A stretch of 64,000 nucleotides of DNA. Source: Eledone cirrhosa. Its lineage: Eukaryota. The notes under the pieces are model-generated. The model was not told the origin of the DNA. It made no database searches and was given only the letters and a program-made list of their open reading frames with translations. Positions within the stretch are counted from its first letter, which is position 1, and the number at the start of each line of letters is the position of its first letter. This document shows, piece after piece, positions 12,001-26,700 of the stretch. The stretch spans positions 369,768,001 to 369,832,000 of the forward strand of contig OZ024742.1 of the NCBI GenBank assembly GCA_964016885.1, given 5' to 3'. The position numbers and the translations under genes are program-made.

Positions 12001-15000
12001 GGTCAAGACATCCACTGTACAACATCTTATTGTCTAGGTTGACATGGGTTAGACAGATCCTGTCTCACAATAGACAGGTCAAGACATCCACTGTACAACA
12101 TCTTATTGTCTAGGTTGACATGGGTTAGAGTGATCCTGTCTCACAATAAACAGGTCAAGACATCCACTGTACAACATCTTATTGTCTAGGTTGACATGGG
12201 TTAGACAGATCCTGTCTCACAATAGACAGGTCAAGACATCCACTGTACAACATCTTATTGTCTAGGTTGACATGGGTTAGACTGATCCTGTCTCACAAAA
12301 GACAGGTCAAGACATCCACTGTACAACATCTTATTGTCTAGGTTGACATGGGTTAGACAGATCCTGTCTCACAATAGACAGGTCAAGACATCCACTGTAC
12401 AACATCTTATTGTCTAGGTTGACATGGGTTAGACTGATCCTGTCTCACAATAGACAGGTCAAGACATCAACTGTACAACATCTTATCGTCTAGGTTGACA
12501 TGGGTTAGACTGATCCTGTCTCACAATAGACAGGTCAAGACATCCACTGTACAACATCTTATTGCTAGGTTGACATGGGTTAGACTGATCCTGTCTCACA
12601 ATAGACAGGTCAAGACATCCACTGTACAACATCTTATTGTCTAGGTTGACATGGGTTAGACTGATCCTGTCTCACAATAGAGAGGGAAAGACATCCACTG
12701 TACAACATCTTATTGTCTAGGTTGACATGGGTTAGACAGATCCTGTCTCACAATAGACAGGTCAAGACATCCACTGTACAACATCTTATTGTCTAGGTTG
12801 ACATGGGTTAGACTGATCCTGTCTCACAATAGACAGGTCAAGACATCCACTGTACAGCATCTTATTGTCTAGGTTGACATGGGTTAGACAGATCCTGTCT
12901 CACAATAGACAGGTCAAGACATCCACTGTACAACATCTTATTGTCTAGGTTGACATGGGTTAGACAGATCCTGTCCCACAATAGACAGGTCAAGACATCC
13001 ACTGTACAACATCTTATTGTCTAGGTTGACATGGGTTAGACTGATCCTGTCTCACAATAGACAGGTCAAGACATCCACTGTACAAGATCTGATTGTCTAG
13101 GTTGACATGGATTAGACTGATCCTGTCTCACAATAGACAGGTCAAGACATCCACTGTACAACATCTTATTGTCTAGGTTGACATGGGTTAGACAGATCCT
13201 GTCTCACAATAGACAGGTCAAGACATCCACTGTACAACATCTTATTGTCTAGGTTGACATGGGTTAGACTGATCCTGTCTCACAATAGACAGGTCAAGAC
13301 ATCCACTGTACAACATCTTATTGTCTAGGTTGACATGGGTTACACAGATCCTGTCTCACAATAGACAGGTCAAGACATCCACTGTACAACATCTTATTGT
13401 CTAGGTTGACATGGGTTAGACAGATCCTGTCTCACAATAGACAGGTCAAGACATCCACTGTACAACATCTTATTTTCTAGGTTGACATGGGTTAGACTGA
13501 TCCTGTCTCACAATAGACAGGTCAAGACATCCACTGTACAACATCTTATCGTCTAGGTTGACATGGGTTAGACTGATCCTGTCTCACAATAGACAGGTCA
13601 AGACATCCACTGTACAACATCTTATCGTCTAGGTTGACATGGGTTAGACAGATCCTGTCTCACAATAGACAGGTCAAGACATCCACTGTACAACATCTTA
13701 TAGTCTAGGTTGACATGGGTTAGACTGATCCTGTCTCACAATAGACAGGTCAAGACATCCACTGTACAACATCTTATTGTCTAGGTTGACATGGGTTAGA
13801 CAGATCCTGTCCCACAATAGACAGGTCAAGACATCCACTGTACAACATCTTATTATCTAGGTTGACATGGGTTAGACTTATCCTGTCTCACAATAGACAG
13901 GTCAAGACATCCACTGTACAGCATCTTATTGTCTAGGTTGACATGGGTTAGACAGATCCTGTCTCACAATAGACAGGTCAGGACATCCACTGTACAACAT
14001 CTTGTTGTCTAGGTTGACATGGGTTAGACAGATCCTGTCTCACAATAGACAGGTCAAGACATCCACTGTACAACATCTTATTGTCTAGGTTGACATGGGT
14101 TAGACAGATCCTGTCTCATAATAGACATGTCAAGACATCCACTGTACAACATCTTATTGTCTAGGTTGACATGGGTTAGACAGATCCTGTCTCACGATAG
14201 ACAGGTCAAGACATTCACTGTACAACATCTTATTGTCTAGGTTGACATGGGTTAGACAGATCCTGTCTCACAATAGACAGGTCAAGACATCCACTGTACA
14301 ACATCTTATTGTCTGGTTGACATGGGTTAGACTGATCCTGTCTCACAATAGACAGGTCAAGACATCAACTGTACAACATCTTATTGTCTAGGTTGACATG
14401 GGTTAGACAGATCCTGTCTCACAATAGACAGGTCAAGACATCCACTGTACAACATCTTATTGTCTAGGTTGACATGGGTTAGAGTGATCCTGTCTCACAA
14501 TAAACAGGTCAAGACATCCACTGTACAACATCTTATTGTCTAGGTTGACATGGGTTAGACAGATCCTGTCTCACAATAGACAGGTCAAGACATCCACTGT
14601 ACAACATCTTATTGTCTAGGTTGACATGGGTTAGACAGATCCTGTCTCACAATAGACAGGTCAAGACATCCACTGTACAACATCTTATTGTCTATGTTGA
14701 CATGGGTTAGACAGATCCTGTCTCACAATAGACAGGTCAAGACATCCACTGTACAACATCTTATTGTCTAGGTTGACATGGGTTAGACAGATCCTGTCTC
14801 ACAATAGACAGGTCAAGACATCCACTGTACAACATCTTATTGTCTAGGTTGACATGGGTTAGACTGATCCTGTCTCACAATAGACAGGTCAAGACATCAA
14901 CTGTACAACATCTTATCGTCTAGGTTGACATGGGTTAGACTGATCCTGTCTCACAATAGATAGGTCAAGACATCCACTGTACAACATCTTATCGTCTAGG

Positions 15001-18000
15001 TTGACATGGGTTAGACAGATCCTGTCTCACAATAGACAGGTCAAGACATCCACTGTACAACATCTTATTGCTAGGTTGACATGGGTTAGACTGATCCTGT
15101 CTCACAATAGATAGGTCAAGACATCCACTGTACAACATCTTATTGTCTAGGTTGACATGGGTTAGACTGATCCTGTCTCACAATAGATAGGTCAAGACAT
15201 CCACTGTACAACATCTTATTGTCTAGGTTGACATGGGTTAGACAGATCCTGTCTCACAATAGACAGGTCAAGACATCCACTGTACAACATCTTATTGTCT
15301 AGGTTGACATGGGTTAGACTGATCCTGTCTCACAATAGACAGGGAAAGACATCCACTGTACAACATCTTATTGTCTAGGTTGACATGGGTTAGACAGATC
15401 CTGTCTCACAATAGACAGGTCAAGACATCCACTGTACAACATCTTATTGTCTAGGTTGACATGGGTTAGACTGATCCTGTCTCACAATAGACAGGTCAAG
15501 ACATCCACTGTACAGCATCTTATTGTCTAGGTTGACATGGGTTAGACAGATCCTGTCTCACAATAGACAGGTCAAGACATCCACTGTACAACATCTTATT
15601 GTCTAGGTTGGCATGGGTTAGACAGATCCTGTCTCACAATAGACAGGTCAAGACATCCACTGTACAACATCTTATTGTCTAGGTTGACATGGGTTAGACA
15701 GATCCTGTCTCACAATAGACAGGTCAAGACATCCACTGTACAACATCTTATTGTCTAGGTTGACATGGGTTAGACAGATCCTGTCTCACAATAGACAGGT
15801 CAAGACATCCACTGTACAACACCTTATTGTCTATGTTGTCATGGGTTAGACAGATACTGTCTCACAATAGATAGGTCAAGACATCCACTGTACAACATCT
15901 TATTGTCTAGGTTGACATGGGTTAGACTGATCCTGTCTCACAATAGACAGGTCAAGACATCCACTGTACAACATCTTATTGTCTAGGTTGACATGGGTTA
16001 CACAGATCCTGTCTCACAATAGACAGGTCAAGACATCCACTGTACAACATCTTATTGTCTAGGTTGACATGGGTTAGACAGATCCTGTCTCACAATAGAC
16101 AGGTCAAGACATCCACTGTACAACATCTTATTTTCTAGGTTGACATGGGTTAGACTGATCCTGTCTCACAATAGACAGGTCAAGACATCCACTGTACAAC
16201 ATCTTATCGTCTAGGTTGACATGGGTTAGACTGATCCTGTCTCACAATAGACAGGTCAAGACATCCACTGTACAACATCTTATCGTCTAGGTTGACATGG
16301 GTTAGACTGATCCTGTCTCACAATAGACAGGTCAAGACATCCACTGTACAACATCTTATTGTCTAGGTTGACATGGGTTAGACAGATCCTGTATCACAAT
16401 AGACAGGTCAAGACATCCACTGTACAACATCTTATTGTCTAGGTTGACATGGGTTAGACTGATCCTGTCTCACAATAGACAGGTCAAGACATCCACTGTA
16501 CAGCATCTTATTGTCTAGGTTGACATGGGTTAGACAGATCCTGTCTCACAATAGACAGGTCAAGACATCCACTGTACAACATCTTGTTGTCTAGGTTGAC
16601 ATGGGTTAGACAGATCCTGTCTCATAATAGATAGGTCAAGACATCCACTGTACAACATCTTATTGTCTAGGTTGACATGGGTTAGACAGATCCTGTCTCA
16701 CAATAGACAGGTCAAGACATCCACTGTACAACATCTTATTGTCTAGGTTGACATGGGTTAGACAGATCCTGTCTCACAATAGACAGGTCAAGACATCCAC
16801 TGTACAACATCTCATTGTCTAGGTTGACATGGGTTAGACTGATCCTGTCTCACAATAGACAGGTCAAGACATCCACTGTACAACATCTTATCGTCTAGGT
16901 TGACATGGGTTAGACAGATCCAGGCTCACAATAGACAGGTCAAGACATCCACTGTACAACATCTTGTTGTCTAGGTTGACATGGGTTAGACAGATCCTGT
17001 CTCACAATAGACAGGTCAAGACATCCACTGTACAACATCTTGTTGTCTAGGTTGACATGGGTTAGACAGATCCTGTCTCACAATAGACAGGTCAAGACAT
17101 CCACTGTACAACATCTTATCGTCTAGGTTGACATGGGTTAGACTGATCCTGTTTCACAATAGACAGGTCAAAACATCCACTGTACAACATCTTATTGTCT
17201 AGGTTGACATGGGTTAGACAGATCCTGTCTCACAATAGACAGGTCAAGACATCCACTGTACAACATCTTATTGTCTAGGTTGACATGGGTTAGACTGATC
17301 CTCTCTCACAATAGACAGGTCAAGACATCCACTGTACAACATCTTATTGTCTAGGTTGACATGGGTTAGACTGATCCTGTCTCACAATAGACAGGTCAAG
17401 ACATCCACTGTACAACATCTTATTGTCTAGGTTGACATGGGTTAGACAGATCCTGTCTCACAATAGACAGGTCAAGACATCCACTGTACAACATCTTATT
17501 GTCTAGGTTGACATGGGTTAGACTGATCCTGTCTCACAATAGACAGGTCAAGACATCCACTGTACAACATCTTATCGTCTAGGTTGACATGGGTTAGACT
17601 GATCCTGTCTCACAATAGACAGGTCAAGACATCCACTGTACAACATCTTATTGCTAGGTTGACATGGGTTTGACAGATCCTGTCTCACAATAGACAGGTC
17701 AAGACATCCACTGTACAACATCTTATTGTCTAGGTTGACATGGGTTAGACTGATCCTGTCTCACAATAGACAGGGAAAGACATCCACTGTACAACATCTT
17801 ATTGTCTAGGTTGACATGGGTTAGACTGATCCTGTCTCACAATAGACAGGTCAAGACATCCACTGTACAACATCTGATTGTCTAGGTTGACATGGATTAG
17901 ACTGATCCTGTCTCACAATAGACAGGTCAAGAAATCCACTGTACAACATCTTATTGTCTAGGTTGACATGGGTTAGACTGATCCTGTCTCACAATAGACA

Positions 18001-19451
18001 GGTCAAGACATCCACTGTACAACATCTTATTGTCTAGGTTGACATGGGTTACACAGATCCTGTCTCACAATAGACAGGTCAAGACATCCACTGTACAACA
18101 TCTTATTGTCTAGCTTGACATGGGTTAGACAGATCCTGTCTCACAATAGACAGGTCAAGACATCCACTGTACAACATCTTATTTTCTAGGTTGACATGGG
18201 TTAGACTGATCCTGTCTCACAATAGACAGGTCAAGACATCCACTGTACAACATCTTATCGTCTAGGTTGACATGGGTTAGACTGATCCTGTCTCACAATA
18301 GACAGGTCAAGACATCCACTGTACAACATCTTATCGTCTAGGTTGACATGGGTTAGACTGATCCTGTCTCACAATAGACAGGTCAAGACATCCACTGTAC
18401 AACATCTTATTGTCTAGGTTGACATGGGTTAGACAGATCCTGTCTCACAATAGACAGGTCAAGACATCCACTGTACAACATCTTATTGTCTAGGTTGACA
18501 TGGGTTAGACTGATCATGTCTCACAATAGACAGGTCAAGACATCCACTGTACAACATCTTATTGTCTAGGTTGACATGGGTTACACAGATCCTGTCTCAC
18601 AATAGACAGGTCAAGACATCCACTGTACAACATCTTATTGTCTAGGTTGACATGGGTTAGACAGATCCTGTCTCACAATAGACAGGACAAGACATCCACT
18701 GTACAACATCTTATTGTCTAGGTTGACATGGGTTAGACAGATCCTGTCTCACAATAGACAGGTCAAGACATCCACTGTACAACATCTTATTGTCTAGGTT
18801 GACATGGGTTAGACAGATCCTGTCTCACAATAGACAGGTCAAGACATCCACTGTACAACATCTTATTGTCTAGGTTGACATGGGTTAGACAGAACCTGTC
18901 TCACAATAGACAAGTCAAGACATCCACTGTACAACATCTTATTGTGTAGGTTGACATGGGTTAGACAGATCCTCCTCTCACAATAGACAGGTCAAGACAT
19001 CCACTGTACAACATCTTATTGCTTAGGTTGACATGGGTTAGACTGATCCTGTCTCACAATAGACAGGTCAAGACATCCACTGTACAACATCTTATTGTCT
19101 AGGTTGACATGGGTTAGACAGATCCTGTCTCACAATAGACAGGTCAAGACATCCACTGTACAACATCTTATTGTCTAGGTTGACATGGGTTAGACTGATC
19201 CTGTCTCACAATAGACAGGTCAAGACATCCACTGTACAACATCTTATTGTCTAGGTTGACATGGGTTAGACAGATCCTGTCTCACAATAGACAGGTCAAG
19301 ACATCCACTGTACAACATCTTATTGTCTAGGTTGACATGGGTTAGACAGATCCTGTCTCACAATAGACAGGTCAAGACATCCACTGTACAACATCTTATT
19401 GTCTAGGTTGACATGGGTTAGACAGATCCTGTCTCACAATAGACAGGTCAA

Positions 19452-22400
19452 GACATCCACTTTATAACATTTATTGTCTAGGTTGACTTGGGTTAGACAG
19501 ATCCTGTCTCACAATAGATAGGTCAAGACATCCACTGTGCAACATCTTATTGTCTAGGTTGACATGGGTTAGACAGATCCAGTCTCACAATAGACAGGTC
19601 AAGACATCCACTGTACAACATCTTATTGTCTAGGTTGACATGGGTTAGACAGATCCTGTCTCACAATAGACAGGTGAAGACATCCACTGTACAACATCTT
19701 ATTGTCAAGGTTGACATGGGTTAGACAGATCCTGCCTCACAATAGACAGGTCAAGACATCCACTGTACAACATCTTATTGTCTAGGTTGACATGGGATAG
19801 ACAGATCCTGCCTCACAATAGATAGGTCAAGCCATCCACTGTACAACATCTTATTGTCTAGGTTGACATGGGTTAGACAGATCCTGTCTCACAATAGATA
19901 GGTCAAGACATCCACTGTACAACATCTTATTGTCTAAGTTGACATTGGTTAGACAGACCCTGTCTCACAATAGACAGGTCAAGACATCCACTGTACAACA
20001 TCTTATTGTCTAAGTTGGCATGGGTTAGACAGATCCTGTCTCGCAATAGACATGTCAAGACATCCACCGTACAACATCTTATTGTCTAGGTTGACATGGG
20101 TTAGACAGATACTGTCTCACAATAGACATGTCAAGACATCCACTGTACAACATCTTATTGTCTAGGTTGACATGGGTTAGACAGATCCTGTCTCACAATA
20201 GACAGGTCAAGACATCCACTGTACAACATCTTATTGTCTAGCTTGGCATGGGTTAGACAGATCCTGTCTCACAATAGACAGGTCAAGACATCCACTGTAC
20301 AACATCTTATTGTCTAGGTTGACATGGGTTAGACAGATCCTGTCTCACAATAGACAGGTCAAGACATCCACTGTACAACATCTTATTGTCTAGGTTGACA
20401 TGGGTTAGACTGATCCTGTCTCACAATCGACAGGTCAAGACATCCACTGTACAACATCTTATTGTCTAGGTTGACATGGGTTAGACAGATCCTGTCTCAC
20501 AATAGACAAGTCAAGACATCCACTGTACAACATCTTATTGTGTAGGTTGACATGGGTTAGACAGATCCTGTCTCACGATAGACAGGTCAAGACATCCACT
20601 GTACAACATCTTATTGTCTAGGTTGACATGGGTTAGACTGATCCTGTCTCACAATAAACAGGTCAAGACATCCACTGTACAACATCTTATTGTCTAGGTT
20701 GACATGGGTTAGACTGATCCTGTCTCACAATAGACAGGTCAAGACATCCACTGTACAACATCTTATTGTCTAGGTTGACATGGGTTAGACAGATCCTGTC
20801 TCACGATAGACAGGTCAAGACATCCACTGTACAACATCTTATTGTCTAGGTTGACATGGGTTAGACAGATCCTGTCTCACAATAGACAGGTCAAGACATC
20901 CACTGTACAACATCTTATTGTCTAGGTTGACATGGGTTAGACTGATCCTGTCTCACAATAAACAGGTCAAGACATCCACTGTACAACATCTTATTGTCTA
21001 GGTTGACATGGGTTAGACAGATCCTGTCTCACAATAGACAGGTCAAGACATCCACTGTACAACATCTTATTGTCTAGGTTGACATGGGTTAGACTGATCC
21101 TGTCTCACAATAGACAGGTCAAGACATCCACTGTACAACATCTTATTGTCTAGGTTGACATGGGTTAGACAGATACTGTCTCACAATAGACAGGTCAAGA
21201 CATCCACTGTACAACATCTTATTGTCTAGGTTGACATGGGTTAGACTGATCCTGTCTCACAATAGACAGGTCAAGACATCCACTGTACAACATCTTATTG
21301 TCTAGGTTGACATGGGTTAGCCTGATCCTGTCTCACAATAGACAGGTCAAGACATCCACTGTACAACATCTGATTGTCTAGGTTGACATGGATTAGACTG
21401 ATCCTGTCTCACAATAGACAGGTCAAGACATCCACTGTACAACATCTTATTGTCTAGGTTGACATGGGTTAGACAGATCCTGTCTCACAATAGACAGGTC
21501 AAGACATCCACTGTACAACATCTTATTGTCTAGGTTGACATGGGTTAGACAGATCCTGTCTCACAATAGACAGGTCAAGACATCCACTTTATAACATTTA
21601 TTGTCTAGGTTGACTTGGGTTAGACAGATCCTGTCTCACAATAGATAGGTCAAGACATCCACTGTGCAACATCTTATTGTCTAGGTTGACATGGGTTAGA
21701 CAGATCCAGTCTCACAATAGACAGGTCAAGACATCCACTGTACAACATCTTATTGTCTAGGTTGACATGGGTTAGACAGATCCTGTCTCACAATAGACAG
21801 GTGAAGACATCCACTGTACAACATCTTATTGTCAAGGTTGACATGGGTTAGACAGATCCTGCCTCACAATAGACAGGTCAAGACATCCACTGTACAACAT
21901 CTTATTGTCTAGGTTGACATGGGATAGACAGATCCTGCCTCACAATAGATAGGTCAAGCCATCCACTGTACAACATCTTATTGTCTAGGTTGACATGGGT
22001 TAGACAGATCCTGTCTCACAATAGATAGGTCAAGACATCCACTCTACAACATCTTATTGTCTAAGTTGACATTGGTTAGACAGACCCTGTCTCACAATAG
22101 ACAGGTCAAGACATCCACTGTACAACATCTTATTGTCTAAGTTGGCATGGGTTAGACAGATCCTGTCTCGCAATAGACATGTCAAGACATCCACCGTACA
22201 ACATCTTATTGTCTAGGTTGACATGGGTTAGACAGATACTGTCTCACAATAGACATGTCAAGACATCCACTGTACAACATCTTATTGTCTAGGTTGACAT
22301 GGGTTAGACAGATCCTGTCTCACAATAGACAGGTCAAGACATCCACTGTACAACATCTTATTGTCTAGCTTGGCATGGGTTAGACAGATCCTGTCTCACA

Positions 22401-23700
22401 ATAGACAGGTCAAGACATCCACTGTACAACATCTTATTGTCTAGGTTGACATGGGTTAGACAGATCCTGTCTCACAATAGACAGGTCAAGACATCCACTG
22501 TACAACATCTTATTGTCTAGGTTGACATGGGTTAGACTGATCCTGTCTCACAATCGACAGGTCAAGACATCCACTGTACAACATCTTATTGTCTAGGTTG
22601 ACATGGGTTAGACAGATCCTGTCTCACAATAGACAAGTCAAGACATCCACTGTACAACATCTTATTGTGTAGGTTGACATGGGTTAGACAGATCCTGTCT
22701 CACGATAGACAGGTCAAGACATCCACTGTACAACATCTTATTGTCTAGGTTGACATGGGTTAGACTGATCCTGTCTCACAATAAACAGGTCAAGACATCC
22801 ACTGTACAACATCTTATTGTCTAGGTTGACATGGGTTAGACTGATCCTGTCTCACAATAGACAGGTCAAGACATCCACTGTACAACATCTTATTGTCTAG
22901 GTTGACATGGGTTAGACAGATCCTGTCTCACGATAGACAGGTCAAGACATCCACTGTACAACATCTTATTGTCTAGGTTGACATGGGTTAGACAGATCCT
23001 GTCTCACAATAGACAGGTCAAGACATCCACTGTACAACATCTTATTGTCTAGGTTGACATGGGTTAGACTGATCCTGTCTCACAATAAACAGGTCAAGAC
23101 ATCCACTGTACAACATCTTATTGTCTAGGTTGACATGGGTTAGACAGATCCTGTCTCACAATAGACAGGTCAAGACATCCACTGTACAACATCTTATTGT
23201 CTAGGTTGACATGGGTTAGACTGATCCTGTCTCACAATAGACAGGTCAAGACATCCACTGTACAACATCTTATTGTCTAGGTTGACATGGGTTAGACAGA
23301 TCCTGTCTCACAATAGACAGGTCAAGACATCCACTGTACAACATCTTATTGTCTAGGTTGACATGGGTTAGACTGATCCTGTCTCACAATAGACAGGTCA
23401 AGACATCCACTGTACAACATCTTATTGTCTAGGTTGACATGGGTTAGCCTGATCCTGTCTCACAATAGACAGGTCAAGACATCCACTGTACAACATCTGA
23501 TTGTCTAGGTTGACATGGATTAGACTGATCCTGTCTCACAATAGACAGGTCAAGACATCCACTGTACAACATCTTATTGTCTAGGTTGACATGGGTTAGA
23601 CAGATCCTGTCTCACAATAGACAGGTCAAGACATCCACTGTAAAACATCTTATTGTCTAGGTTGACATGGGTTAGACAGATCCTGTCTCACAATAGACAA
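19452..23700. repeat. Tandem duplication of a 28-monomer block (2127 bp)
   Basis: The marker TTTATAACATTTATT is at 19461 and 21588 (2127 = 28x76-1). It is followed in both copies by the same ordered rare variants: TGTGCAAC, GGTGAAG, GTCAAGG, GGGATAG, TCGCAAT, CCACCGT, TAGCTTGG, AATCGAC. Confidence 0.92.
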
Positions 23701-26700
23701 GTCAAGACATCCACTGTACAACATCTTATTGTGTAGGTTGACATGGGTTAGACAGATCCTGTCTCACAATAGACAGGTCAAGACATCCACTGTACAACAT
23801 CTTATTGTCTAGGTTGACATGGGTTAGACTGATCCTGTCTCACAATAGACAGGTCAAGACATCCACTGTACAGCATCTTATTGTCTAGGTTGACATGGGT
23901 TAGACAGATCCTGTCTCACAATAGACAGGTCAAGACATCCACTGTACAACATCTTATTGTCTAGGTTGACATGGGTTAGACTGATCCTGTCTCACAATAG
24001 ACAGGTCAAGACATCCACTGTACAACATCTTATTGTCTAGGTTGACATGGGTTAGACAGATCCTGTCTCACAATAGACAGGTCAAGACATCCACTGTATA
24101 ACATTTATTGTCTAGGTTGACTTGGGTTAGACAGATCCTGTCTCACAATAGATAGGTCAAGACATCCACTGTACAACATATATTGTCTAGGTTGACATGG
24201 GTTAGACAGATCCAGTCTCACAATAGACAGGTCAAGACATCCACTGTACAACATCTTATTGTCTAGGTTGACATGGGTTAGACAGATCCTGTCTCACAAT
24301 AGATAGGTCAAGACATCCACTGTACAACATCTTATTGTCTAGGTTGACATGGGTTAGACAGATCCTGCCTTACAATAGACAGGTCAAGACATCCACTGTA
24401 CAACATCTTATTGTCTAGGTTGACATGGGTTAGACAGATCCTGTCTCACAATAGATAGGTCAAGCCATCCACTGTACAACATCTTATTGTCTAGGTTGAC
24501 ATGGGTTAGACAGATCCTGTCTCACAATAGATAGGTCAAGACATCCACTGTACAACATCTTATTGTCTAGGTTGAATCGGGTTAGACAGATCCTGACTCA
24601 CAATAGATAGGTCAAGACATCCACTGTACAACATCTTATTGTCTAAGTTGACATTGGTTAGACAGACCCTGTCTCACAATAGACAGGTCAAGACATCCAC
24701 TGTACAACATCTTATTGTCTAAGTTGGCATGGGTTAGACAGATCCTGTCTCACAATAGACATGTCAAGACATCCACTGTACAACATCTTATTGTCTAGGT
24801 TGACATGGGTTAGACAGATCCTGTCTCACAATAGACATGTCAAGACATCCACTGTACAACATCTTATTGTCTAGGTTGACATGGGTTAGGCAGATCCTGT
24901 CTCACAATAGACAGGTCAAGACATCCACTGTACAACATCTTATTGTCTAGCTTGGAATGGGTTAGACAGATCCTGTCTCACAATAGACAGGTCAAGACAT
25001 CCACTGTACAACATCTTATTGTCTAGGTTGACATGGGTTAGACAGATCCTGTCTCACAATAGACAGGTCAAGACATCCACTGTACAACATCTTATTGTCT
25101 AGGTTGACATGGGTTAGACTGATCCTGTCTCACAATCGACAGGTCAAGACATCCACTGTACAACATCTTATTGTCTAGGTTGACATGGGTTAGACAGATC
25201 CTGTCTCACAATAGACAAGTCAAGACATCCACTGTACAACATCTTATTGTGTAGGTTGACATGGGTTAGACAGATCCTGTCTCACAATAGACAGGTCAAG
25301 ACATCCACTGTACAACATCTTATTGTCTAGGTTGACATGGGTTAGACTGATCCTGTCTCACAATAGACAGGTCAAGACATCCACTGTACAACATCTTATT
25401 GTCTAGGTTGACATGGGTTACACAGATCCTGTCTCACAATAGACAGGTCAAGACATCCACAGTACAACATCTTATTGTCTAGGTTGACATGGGTTAGACA
25501 GATCCTGTCTCACAATAGACAGGTCAAGACATCCACTGTACAACATCTTATTGTCTAGGTTGACATGGGTTAGACTGATCCTGTCTCACAATAGACAGGT
25601 CAAGACATCCACTGTACAACATCTTATTGTCTAGGTTGACATGGGTTAGACAGATCCTGTCTCACGATAGACAGGTCAAGACATCCACTGTACAACATCT
25701 TATTGTCTAGGTTGACATGGGTTAGACAGATCCTGTCTCCCAATAGACAGGTCAAGACATCCACTGTACAACATCTTATTGTCTAGGTTGACATGGGTTA
25801 GACTGATCCTGTCTCACAATAGACAGGTCAAGACATCCACTGTACAACATCTTATTGTCTAGGTTGACATGGGTTACACAGATCCTGTCTCACAATAGAC
25901 AGGTCAAGACATCCACTGTACAACATCTTATTGTCTAGGTTGACATGGGTTAGACAGATCCTGTCTCACAATAGACAGGTCAAGACATCCACTGTACAAC
26001 ATCTTATTGTCTAGGTTGACATGGGTTAGACTGATCCTGTCTCACAATAGACAGGTCAAGACATCCACTGTACAACATCTTATTGTCTAGGTTGACATGG
26101 GTTAGACAGATCCTGTCTCACGATAGACAGGTCAAGACATCCACTGTACAACATCTTATTGTCTAGGTTGACATGGGTTAGACAGATACTGTCTCACAAT
26201 AGACAGGTCAAGACATCCACTGTACAACATCTTATTGTCTAGGTTGACATGGGTTAGACTGATCCTGTCTCACAATAAACAGGTCAAGACATCCACTGTA
26301 CAACATCTTATTGTCTAGGTTGACATGGGTTAGACAGATCCTGTCTCACAATAGACAGGTCAAGACATCCACTGTACAACATCTTATTGTCTAGGTTGAC
26401 ATGGGTTAGACTGATCCTGTCTCACGATAGACAGGTCAAGACATCCACTGTACAACATCTTATTGTCTAGGTTGACATGGGTTAGACAGATCCTGTCTCA
26501 CGATAGACAGGTCAAGACATCCACTGTACAACATCTTATTGTCTAGGTTGACATGGGTTAGACAGATCCTGTCTCACAATAGACAGGTCAAGACATCCAC
26601 TGTACAACATCTTATTGTCTAGGTTGACATGGGTTAGACTGATCCTGTCTCACAATAGACAGGTCAAGACATCCACTGTACAACATCTTATTGTCTAGGT

